The translations under genes were made by a program, and so were the position numbers. A stretch of 64,000 nt of DNA, from contig CAVNZM010000001.1 of assembly GCA_963693365.1 (NCBI GenBank), forward strand, positions 19,662,125 through 19,726,124. Reading direction: 5' to 3'. The DNA comes from Amoebidium appalachense (Eukaryota; Protista; Ichthyosporea). Positions within the stretch are counted from its first letter, which is position 1; every line of letters begins with the position of its first letter. Below, piece after piece: positions 20,396 through 31,616 of the stretch. Below the pieces are notes generated by a model that was not told the origin of the DNA, made no database searches, and saw only the letters and a list, made by a program, of their open reading frames with translations.

Positions 20396-21386
20396 TTCAG
20401 TAGATCCACGTTTTATGCATGTATGGTTCGATGGTATGAAGGGCACGTAGTGTAAATTAGGTGAATCATCAGGCTGCGAAGGTGGTGTTCCGCGTGGCTG
20501 TGTTTGTAGATGACTTCGTGAGAAACTCCGGACTTGCAGGGTGCATGTAATTTAACCGGAAGCGGCTACCGGCTGGCCCAGGCGGTATCACACTGTCTAT
20601 CCTCTTAGCCACCCGTGGAGAAACTATTGGCAGATTGGCTGCATATAGCTAGGCAGAGCAACAGTGAAGAATGCATCACATCACTCACATAGATGGGTTG
20701 CACTTGTATGTTGGAGTGACATGCATAATAGGATTTGACTGGACACAGCGATCTAGCAGCATGCCCCAGCCCAGAGAACTTTTATAAAGGAACAATAAGA
20801 CTATTTGACCAGTGCTGTTGTTCGATATCTCCACTTACACGTACTGTCCTTCTGCGTTGAACCCGCTGACGTCGACATGCGTCGTGCGATGCAATGCAAT
20901 GGCGTCCATGAATGCGCATCATTTGCAGTGTGACCAGAAGTATACCAGCGCAGCACAGGTCGGCATCGTTATTCTTTGCGCTTCCCTGTTTTTTTTTTTT
21001 TTGGAAAATGGATAAAGGATACTCGATATGCACAACAGTTCGAACAACTGTTGTTTTCGTATACATAACATCGTGATAAGAATCGTAATAGTCTGCAGTT
21101 CGTGACCGCCAGTAATAGTGTTCAGCTAACCTTATATGGATAAAGCAAAGTTACAAGGATTCAAGCCATTGGTTGGGTCTTTGGTTGGGAAAGACCCCTT
21201 TTGCCGAATATGGATAACAGATCATACACTGCTGTAGGCGGCGGTCAGGAATTGGCGCGCTCTTTACTGGTCACAACCAGTCCGGGAAGGCCATGAGCAG
21301 CATTGCCGAGCACACTGGAATACGGGAATGTTTGCGGTAACGTAGTCGCACTAGGGGGGCAGGGGGCCAGGCCCCAAGTGTTTAAA

Positions 21387-23123
21387 ATGAAGCCAGGCTG
21401 CCCTAAGGGCACAACACAGCGCCCTGGGCATAAAACAGGCGGAGCTAGGGAGGGAGCTGGGCGCAAAAAAAAAGATGCTGCATTTGTTCAGCCTTTAGCG
21501 AACTTTGCAGATTTTGGGAAGGCAAACAAAGCTGTTTTGCAGGAACTAAACGTAAACGCACAACCCGAACAGCCCCCTCTATCTAAGGTCGCCGATATAA
21601 GGGCCCGTGTAGTTGAGGCAGGTGGCGTCCATTCGTTACCAAGAGAAATGGATCGGGCCCCTGCTCCACACCCACCAGACATACAGGTGCAACCCGACGA
21701 GGAACCTCTGCTCAATGCAGCAGCAGATGCGTACCGGGTAGACGAGGATGAAGGGGAGGAAGAGGGAGAAGATAATACGGACGGGGATGACGGTGGAGAG
21801 GAGTTTTCTGACGCGGCGGGCGAAACAATCAAGTCGCACCTGCACACAGTGAAAGAGAGTCTCAAAGATGAGAAGACGCCTGTGGGGTGGCATCTTCCAC
21901 CTCCCATTATAGGCTTTAAATTTGGGGGCGATCCAGCGCCTTTCTACAAACCCAGATGTTTTGCCTGGCTTCCGGAAAGGTTGTCTCCCGGTTTCATGGT
22001 GCCGTGCCCCTTCGATGATCACTACGTGGACCCCCACAACCACCCCAACCCACACCGTACTTCTCGCAATGGGTTCATGAGCAACCCCGTCGGACGGCGT
22101 GTTATCGACTTTGACAGCTGCTACTACATTATCACGGCCCGGTACTTTTGTGACACATGCCAAAAAAACTTTGCCGGCACAAACCCCCAGACAATTAAAC
22201 GCCTCCCACTCTTCATGCGTGATCAGTTTCCGGCCTACCTTAGCCACCGCAGTGGGCTCGACCTAAAGGTGGTAACATTGTTGCGTGCACTGGCAGACAA
22301 AGGTGTGGGCCCAAACGCCTTTGCCACCCTCCTCTCGGAGCTCCACAAGCAGCGATACGACGAGCAGCGGCTCCTGTATTACTCGAGGGCGCTGCATTGG
22401 ACCAAGTATGAACTCAAAAAGCGTAACGATTTCCGCCCCCACGACCAGCGCCTGACAGAACTTCCCCCAGAGGAGCAGGCGGCTAAGTTCTCGGCGTTTG
22501 GTGACAAAAATGGTTATGCTGGACATGTGCCTTCAGGCAAGTGTGCACTGCATTTTGGGTGTGTAAATGGTCCACATTGTTTTGTATGCACGTGCTTGGG
22601 CATTTTTTGGGTTGGCTTGGTAGGGTTTTGTTTTATTTATTTTTTATTTTTTTTTTATGGGGGGGGGGGGACTTGGAAATGGGTTTTGGAAGTGTGGTCA
22701 ATAAGTTTCTATTATGGTGGTGGTGGATGTGTGGTGGTGGATGTGCGCCTGTGAGTGTGCGTGTACTTGTGGGTCCGTGTGTGTGTGTGTGTGTGTGGTG
22801 GGGGGGGGGGGGGGGGGGGAGGGGGGGAGGGGGGACATGGTGATGGATTAGGTGGTGGTGGTGGCAATCAGTCATGGTGGTGGTGGTGGTGGTGGGGGGG
22901 GGGGGGGGGGCGGGGGGGGGGGGGGGGGCAGAGGGATCATCAGAGGGGTGAAAGCATAACGGTCCATGTACCAGTGAGTGTGCTTGGGAAATCGTGTAGA
23001 ACTGTTATGCCTGAAATTAGATGGTGGGTGTGTGCATGTGTGTCTGTGTGTGTTGGGGGAAAGGAGGTGGAGAGCGGGGGGGGGGGGGGGGGGGGGGGGG
23101 GGGGAGGGGGGGGGGAAGGAGGT

Positions 23124-23162
<39 letters not shown>

Positions 23163-23326
23163 TGGTGGTAGACTGGATCTTGGTGGCGGTACTTAATGGT
23201 TATTATAGTAGTGGCAGGAGGGTGTGGGGGGAAGGGCAAACGGACGTGCAGGGGACAAACTGCAGATGGGGTATAAAGGGGAAAGAAGGTGAAAGTTGGT
23301 GCAATGACTTGGAGGGTTTGCGCGCG

Positions 23327-23375
<49 letters not shown>

Positions 23376-23828
23376 AACGGCCGGAGATGGGTGTGTAGCG
23401 TTTTTGAGATGGGAAAAGCCATACAGACTAACGAAAATACAGAGGTGAGATGAACACGAGGGACTAGAGGGAATAGGGGGGATGGTCCTTGATGGGAGGG
23501 TGGTGGAGTTCTAACAATATTTGGGGTGCAGGCAAATACCTGAGTGCCGTGTATACTGAGTTCAGCGACCGCACGGCAAAGTACCAGAGCCTGGACACGC
23601 AGCTCAAGCCCGTAAACAACGTGCTCAAGGCCGACCACACCTTCCAAATTGGGAAGCTCACCGGCATCAATGGGGAGCCTCTGTACCGAGGCCTATGGAC
23701 TTGTGTAAACGAGCTTGGCGGTGTGTGGTCCCTCCTCTTCTCCCCCCTCCCCCCACTCTCCCCCAGGCCCCCTCTCCCCCCCCCCCTCCCCCCCCCCCCC
23801 CCACACGCCCACCCGCCCCCCCCCCCCC

Positions 23829-23859
<31 letters not shown>

Positions 23860-24096
23860 ACACAGGCCCCCCCTCCCCCCCACCCCCCCCTCCCCCCTCT
23901 AGGGCCTTTAAATCTCTTAGGCTCCACATTTAATGGGAACACACACTGTGAGTAGAGGTGTGTAGTATGTGGGTTTTGGGGACAATTCTTGCCCTGTCGA
24001 GCAAAAACTAGGAAGCTCCAGATATGTGTGTATGATGTGTTTTTGCTGGGTAGAGATTGGGGTGGGCTGGGGTGGAGCTTTCTTTTGGCGGGGAAT

Positions 24097-24164
<68 letters not shown>

Positions 24165-24288
24165 AGCTTCTGCCAAGCAGAATGGGAGTAGGGGCCAGTG
24201 ATTGCAAGGGATGCAGGGGGGGGGGGGGGGGGTGGAGACACCACCGTGGGGGTTGAAGGTAGAGAGGGCAAGAGGCCCGGGGTGGGGT

Positions 24289-24333
<45 letters not shown>

Positions 24334-26681
24334 AGTAGGTGCCATATGGAGGGCTGTCAAAATGGTTGGTGAGCAAAAGGATGGCCGTCCCATGGTTTGG
24401 GAGGAGGGGGAGTGGGGAAGGATCGTGGGCACATGGGTTTGGGGGGAAGGCAGAGAGGGGAAAGGATTGTGATCACAAGGGTTCAGGGGGAGGAAGGGGG
24501 GAAGGATTGTAGGTACATGGGTTTAGGGGGAGGGGGGGGGGGGAAGATTTGGGGGGAAAGGGAGGCCTGGGGAAAGTATGTGGGCACATGGGTTTGGGGG
24601 GAGGGAGGGGGAAGGGTTTGGGGGGAGAGGGAGGGGAAAGTATGTGGGCACATGGGTTTGGGGGGAGGGAGGGGGAAAGGATTGTGTGGGCACATGAAGT
24701 CTTGGGAAGGGCCATGTGGTAAGGGAAGCTAGAACATGCATGGCTGCTCGGAGATGCCCTCTCACACAGTGCGGCACCCCAGAGATCCGGGCGCAGGTAT
24801 TTACACGGGACTGCAGCCACCAGGAGATTGAGCCCGTGATCCAGCGCATCTCTGCCACCACGGCGGCGCTCAACAGCAAGGGCCCGGCCTTCTTCTACAC
24901 AGATCGGTGCTGCCAAGACCGGGCGTTTGTTGAGCGCATGTTTCCAACCCTAGCCGGCCAAAATGCCCTGTCCGTCTGAACGAGGCTGCGCTGGTAAGCG
25001 TGACGGACGGTCTGCCTGGGCTGGAGCTGCCGGCCAACTACCCTAAGCCGGTGTACACCGACTGCCAGGGGGCGGTGGTGGCCACAGCGGCCATTCGGGC
25101 CGACCTGGAGGGGCAGCAGCACCGGGTGGTGGGGCTGGACTGCGAGTGGGTCTATCGGGTGGGCCAGGCGCGGTCCAAGGTTTGCACGCTGCAGATTGCC
25201 ACCGCACGGGCCGTGTACATCTTCCACTTGGCACGCATGGGCCCCAACCACAGCCCGCCCGCGCGGCTGGTGGACGAGCTGATTGCGCTGCTTAGGGACC
25301 CCAGCATCATCAAGGTGGGCAAGCAGATCGGCACGGACTCGGCCCACCTCAACAAGGACTACGGCACCCCTGTGGCCAGCTATCTGGAGCTGGGCCGGTT
25401 CTGCTACGCCCGTGCAGCTATCACCTCTGCAGCCCGGGGCTTGGCCGACATCACTGCCCAGGTCATAGGCAAGAAGCTGCCCAAGCCGGCACTTGTTCGG
25501 TGCTCCAACTGGCACGAGCCGCTATCAGATGTGCAGGCCACCTACGCTGCCCTTGATGCATATGCGTCCCTGCAGGTCTACTCGGCCGTGGTCGATAGGC
25601 CAAACCTGTCAGGTGTGTATCCCACCTGCTTTTTGCCCCAGTGCTTATGTGCTTATGCCAGATATAGAAAGATTGTGGGCCCCCCAGAGGAGAGGGGAGG
25701 GGTAGGAGGAGGGGGGGGGGGGGGGGGGTGGCTGACCACATGGGCCAGTGTTCCAGTTGTGTTATGCTGGGTGTCGGGTGGCTATCAAAGGAGGGGGGCA
25801 GCCTGATTGGTGGTGGTGGTGGGGGGGGGGGGGGGGCTATAGCACTGTTAACACGTGCAAGTGCCACACAAGCTGGGCACTGGGAGAGGGGGGGGGGGGG
25901 GTAGGGAGAAGGGGGGGGGGGGGGGGGGAAGGGGGTTGCTAAGGAATATGCATTTGATATTTGTGGAGCGAAGAGAAAAACGTTGGTGTTGTGGCTTTTT
26001 GGCTGAGTTTTTTGCTTCCCTCTATGACATGCAGCGCGGCTTCATGCAAAGGCACTCGGTGAAGGGGTTGAGATTGTGCCCAGGCGGGGCCCACATGCTG
26101 CAGCAGCCACCGGGGTGGTGCTGGCTGTGCAGCCGGAGCGCTGGGGGGGCATGAAGGTGGGCAAGAAGCATGCAGTGGTGCGGGTGGATCAGGTGCTGTC
26201 GCCGGCCATGCAGGTGCCCTTTGGCCCCGGCAAGGGCAAGACCCTGGGCGAGCTGGGCCCGCCGCCCTTTGAGCTGATGGTGCACCTGCAGTGGCTACGG
26301 CCCATTCAGCCCCCACCGGACCCAGGTGCCGAGGTGCCGGTGGTCCCTGACCCAGCCCCTCCCCCTGCCAGTCCTCCCCCTGCCGAGCAGCAGCAACCCC
26401 TTGCCGGCCCACAGGCACCCCCCCAGGATCCCCAGGCAGCCCCGGGGGGCCTTGAGGCAGCCCCAGGGGGACCCGAGGCAGCTCCCAGAGAGGGCATGTT
26501 GGGCCAGGCACCACCTGGGGAGGTGGTGTGGCAGACTGTGCTGAATGACGCCTTCCACTCCATTGCAAACACGGCGGACGGCACATACAAGTCACACACA
26601 CGCAGGGCTGAGTACGCACGCGCACTCAGCGAGGCAATATTTGTGTGGAATGAAGAGGATTACGGACATGTGAAGGTGCCC

Positions 26682-26712
<31 letters not shown>

Positions 26713-27505
26713 ATAATAATAATAATAATAAAAAAAACCGCAACAACAACATGCGTGACGCGCGCACACACATACACCCATTAGCACACACTCACCATTC
26801 CACCCACAACCATGCACACCCTCGACAAAACTTCTGAGGGAAGAGAGAGAGCCTGAGCCTCAGAGAGAGGGGGGGCAGAGGGGGGGGGGGGGGGGGGGGG
26901 GAGGGGGGGAGGAGGAGAGTGGGGGGTTATTCATATGCCTAGAGAGGAACAATGTAGGGTTGTGGGGGGAAACAGCCACATGCATTTTTTACTTGTGTTG
27001 GGGGAGAAGATGGGGGGGGTGGAGGGGAGGGGTCCTACAATAACGGCAGGTATCAAAGTCTACCAAACCCAAATTGCAATGTGCGTAGTAAATTAATATT
27101 GGCATCCTGCCTCACAGGGGGTGCTGGAGCAGAAGGGCATCGACATTGAAACCGAGCTCAAGGGCGGCGACCTGAGCTACTTCATGGAGCGCATCCGGCG
27201 GGTCATTCCCGACCCATACACGCTGGTCTCGCGGCTGGTGGAGTTCAAAAACACCTACAAGGATGTGCCGCCCGGACCGGATGGCAAGCCTCTGTTCAAG
27301 AAGGATGGCTTTGAAAGACTCGAGGCAACATCCCCCCCCCCCCCCCTCCCCCCGCAGGCGTCCAACAACTCCACCACCACAGAAAAGATTCTTTGCTTAT
27401 TTGTCATCCTTGGTTCATCTGCACACACACGCACACCCTAGCCTCCCCCCCTCCCCCTCCCCCCCCCCCCCCCCCCCCCCCCAAACATACACACACACAC
27501 ACACA

Positions 27506-27541
<36 letters not shown>

Positions 27542-27625
27542 CCCGCACGGCCCTTGCTGCCTAGCCAGTTGTTTTTTGCCTTTCCCTGCTCCTTTTTGTC
27601 CTTAGCAACCCCATCCCCCCCCCCC

Positions 27626-27656
<31 letters not shown>

Positions 27657-29313
27657 ACACACTACCACCACCACCACCCACCCATCTCTCTGATGTTTGC
27701 TTGTGCCCCCACAGTCGCTGCTCGAACACGCCCAAAATGGCTGTCTGTCGGACCCCCCCGGCCTGCCCCTCTACTACGAGACCACTGCCGACGCAGATGG
27801 GCTCATGCGCTACCGCTGCATCCGGGGCACCAACGAGGTGGAGGGGGCAGTGCACAACCCCCTGGCCACCCACTTTGGGGCCACACGCATGTCGCTGCGC
27901 CTGCTGGACGCCACCATGTCCAATAGGCGCCACCGCCACAACCTGCGTGCACACTACCGCAACCGCCTGGGCCAGGCATCGGGCCCCCCCCACTACAGCC
28001 CCTGGATTGTTGACGACATGGAGGCACTGGCCCTGATGCTGTACGGCCATCACCTCGACCCCCAGTGGGTACCCGTGGGCTGCTACAAGCTACCGGAGGA
28101 GTACTTCAACTTTGCCCCGCTCTCCTGTGTGGCCAATGCCCCGGCGCAGGAGCCAGTTGCGGTGCCCGCACCCCCACCTCCGTCTGATAACAACGAGCCT
28201 GCAGCCAATGGCGTGATGGGCGGGCCAGAGGACTGTGAGGTCGAGGAGGGTGACGGTGCTGCCATGGGGGGGGGCAACCAGGTGGCGCGTGGTGCACCAC
28301 AGCCGGACCCTGCACTGAGGGGCGACTACAAGTTCCTGGCGCAGAAGCAACATGTGGCCATCCCCTTCCTTCCGGTGCTTACCCCTCAGGAGCGCAAGCT
28401 ATTCAGCACGCTGCTCCTGGGCACCTACAAGGCACATGCAAAGTCCAACGGCCAGCTGTTCGAGGCTTTGGCCCAAGACTTCAACAAGGCTGCCTCTGTG
28501 GCTGGGGGAATCTACATGAAGGATGCGGCCTACATCAAGAAGCATTTCGACAAGTGGAAGACCTGGCAGACGGCACATGCACAGCGCTCCACACACGAGG
28601 GCCTCGCAGATCACCGCAAGCGTATGCGCGAGGAGAGGGCAGACGCTGTGCCAGCAACCATACGGCCTGCCCCCCTGCCACCCCTCCCTGTTCCAGACGG
28701 TGTCGATGCAGGGGCGCAGCGTGAGCGGCCCTTGCCCATGCGTGTGGGCAAGAAGCATCGCAACATTGGCCCTGAGGGGCCCCTGCAGATGGATTTGCCG
28801 GTGCCCCCTCCTATGCAGCCACCCCAGAGAGCCCCCAAGACCTGCAAGACGTGTGGCCGCCAGGGCAAGGGCTGCCCCGGCTCCAATCGGGCCAAGAGCT
28901 GCCCACGTTGGGTTGCAGCCAATCAGGATGCTATGCCACCAGCACCCGCGCTTGACATGCAGCAGGGCCATGTGTCGCACATGCCCCCTGCACCCCATCC
29001 AGGCCCGCACCACCCACATGGCTGGCCCCCACCGTGGGGCATCATGCCGCCTCAGCCCGGCCCTGCCTTCCCCATGCCTGGGCTACTGCCGCAGCACGGT
29101 CCCCATCCTTACTTGGGCCATGTGGGCCAGCCCTCGGCTGGTGGGCAGTTCCCACCCCCTTCTCGTGCATCTGCTGTGCTGGGCCTGGCGTTGCCACCTG
29201 TTGGAGAGACGCAGCTGCAATGGCACGATCGAAAGCAAAGTAATCGTGGCCGCAAGTCTGCAGGCAGCCAAACAGGATCTCAGAGTAGTCAGAGTAGCCA
29301 AACTAGTGTCTAA
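21387..29313 (+). CDS. Dada-like DDE transposase with embedded DEDDy (DnaQ/WRN-like) 3'-5' exonuclease; 7 exons; one frameshift
   Basis: Exons 21387-22536, 23532-23720, 24783-25612, 25749-25809, 26084-26675, 27118-27324, 27715-29313. Motifs in order: AT-hook-like GGAREGAGRKK; DUF6729-like region (RRVIDFDSCYYIITARYFCDTC...FPAYLSHRSGLD); KADHTF (D1); FYTDRCC (D2); exonuclease VGLDCEW / IGTDSAHL / YAALDA; NDAFH (DxxH); GCLSDPPG...YRCIRGTNEVEG (E); C-terminal CKTC..C..C finger. One missing C near 24967 breaks the frame. Confidence 0.85.
24385..24720 (+). repeat. Degenerate G-rich minisatellite in transposase intron 2
   Basis: Motif (T)GTGGGCACATGGGTTTGGGGG(G)AGG recurs about 5-6 times. Confidence 0.8.
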
Positions 29314-29392
29314 TATTGGAATGTACACCAATGTAACGGATCTCATATGTGTTGTAGCGCTTCAAGTTATACCTGTTCTTCGTACAGTCATG

Positions 29393-29439
<47 letters not shown>

Positions 29440-29736
29440 CTAGCTTTCATTCCGAAGTTTACTGTTAAGAATTAGAATTTAGAATCTGAGTAATAGTACA
29501 GAGCCTTTGCACTTTTCTCTGTTTGTTAGTAATTCTTTGTGATCGAGAGTATGGTGTGTTAGACTATTGGTGTTAATGTGTCCTGGAAGGTGTATAATGT
29601 CTGCTGGCCGCAGTCAGTATTTATTTTTAGGTATATATATTTTTAAATGTTGGCCGCTGGCCAATAAATAGCAAATAATAAACACACGATAAAGTCAACA
29701 GTGTGCCAAAAAACTAATCCCCAGCGAGCGCACCCA

Positions 29737-29740
<4 letters not shown>

Positions 29741-29827
<87 letters not shown>
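29741..29827. repeat. (GT)n microsatellite
   Basis: Pure GT run. Confidence 0.95.
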
Positions 29828-29832
<5 letters not shown>

Positions 29833-30950
29833 CCGCCCCCTAGAAGCCATCACCCCAGACCACGTCAAAGCAGCACCACCAATTTGTTATCACCCGGCCG
29901 TAAGACATGACGTCATGAACAGCACCGGCCCTCTGACGTCGACGGCGCGCCGCTTGGGCATCCCGGCCCAACGTTCAAGTGGGAGACCAATCCGAGTCAC
30001 CGGCCACGGTTCGGGTCAGCGTCCTGGGCATGGGGTCTTCCCTTTCAAGTCTTTATGTTTGTGTATGTGTCCCGGGTCGCTCCCGGCTGGTGTTGTTAAA
30101 GTGAGCTGTGCTCATTTCCCCACTAGCGTTGCTGCGGCTAGAACCGTGGGATAAGGCGTAACTAAAAATAGTGCCAGTTGGGGTCAATTAGAATCCTGAC
30201 TTATGAGTGTGCTATACAGTACGATCTGTGTCTAGGCGGAAGACGGTAAGCTCCCCTGAGGCAGTGCCTCGCCGGGAGTGAAACGGGATAAAATAAAAAA
30301 AAAATGTGTGTGTGCGCGCGCGCACGCGTGTGTGCGCGCACGCGTGTGTGCGTGTGTGCGTGTGTGTGTGCGTGCGTGCGTGTGTGCGTGTGTGTGTGTG
30401 TGAGTGTGTGTGTGTGTATGTGTGGTGTGGTGTGTGCGCAGCTTGTACATATGTACGTGTTCATGTGCACCTGTGTCGGACCTACGAAGTACATGAAAGT
30501 AAATTTTGACAGCATCGATCTGCCGGTGTGTATGTGTATGTGTGCCAGTGCAGCAGGTGTGCGTTGTAACTGATAGCTTCGCTTTTTACGTGTGTGTGTA
30601 TATAGTAGTACACATAGACACTTGCTGATCATTCCGATCGACATTAATATTTAATCTGTCGGTCCTCGGTTTTTTGAGTGTCTTTTCAGCGAGTCTAACC
30701 TGCAGGCTGCAGCTGCACACATATAGGGTTGTTATCTTGCATACATGCACGGTGATCGTTTCAGAGTAATAGAGTTGAGAGCAATGAAAATAATGAAAAT
30801 AACTAAACTTTGTGACTACTTTAAAGTTGCTGAGATCATACGTGGTGCAAGCTGCACTATGAACACATCACGGTACAGTGCTAGTAATTTATACATTTTT
30901 GTTGCCTTCTGCAGGGTTACCGTAGCTACGTCACGGCCTGCACTCAGGGG

Positions 30951-30990
<40 letters not shown>

Positions 30991-31372
30991 TGATTCGAAG
31001 GGGGTATAAATAAGAACATGCACCTAAAGGTGTTTCCCGTGGATCCTCCTCCCCCCTCCCCCCCCCCCCCCCCCCCTCCCACCTCTCCCTCCCCCGGGGC
31101 CCCATACTATGATATCTAGGCCCAATATTATATGCCACTCCCCCCCCCCCCCCCCCCCTCTCCGGATCCCCGGACCCCACTTCCCTACCCGGAGGCTCAA
31201 GAGCTCCCCCCTTCCCCTTCCCCCCCCTCCCCTCCCCCCCCCCCCCCCCCAAGGCTTACGGGGGCCCTTCTTCATTGAGGGGGAGGGGGGGTGGGGGGGG
31301 GGGGGGGTGGGGGGAGGGGAAGTGGAAGGCAGGGGTGGATGCATGTCAGCCTAGGTGAATTAAATTGTTTAA

Positions 31373-31559
31373 CTCCAGTGTACAGGACTGGTCTGAAGGC
31401 TTAAGAAAACAACGAGGAAATGGGGTCCAGTGGAGGTGGTGGTGGTGTTCTGTGTGTGTGTGTACACGTGCACGTATGTGTGTGGTTTTTTTGGGGGGTG
31501 AGTGGTGGTGGTGGTGGTGGTGGTGGTCACCGTGGTGGTGGTGTGTGTGTCTGGTGTGT

Positions 31560-31616
<57 letters not shown>

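Larger units (their letters stand above)
20860..30150 (+). mobile_element. Dada-like DNA transposon (boundaries unresolved)
   Basis: Encloses the transposase gene. No long TIRs seen, consistent with the Dada superfamily. Ends are approximate. Confidence 0.5.

Noticed and set aside
21101-21240. GTGACCGCC and GCTGTAGGC resembling the 3' part of 5S rRNA
   Set aside because: Two 9-mers about 120 nt apart with no other 5S sequence; likely chance.
24385-24720. Repeat-spacer-like patterns as possible CRISPR arrays (also 42163-42412 and 9498-9885)
   Set aside because: Eukaryotic introns, degenerate units, non-unique spacers and no cas genes; these are minisatellites.
29950-29968. Minus-strand GCCGGGATGCCCAAGCGG resembling a tRNA-Leu/Ser 5' end as a Dada target
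   Set aside because: No D-arm completion, and no matching 3' half at the other flank.
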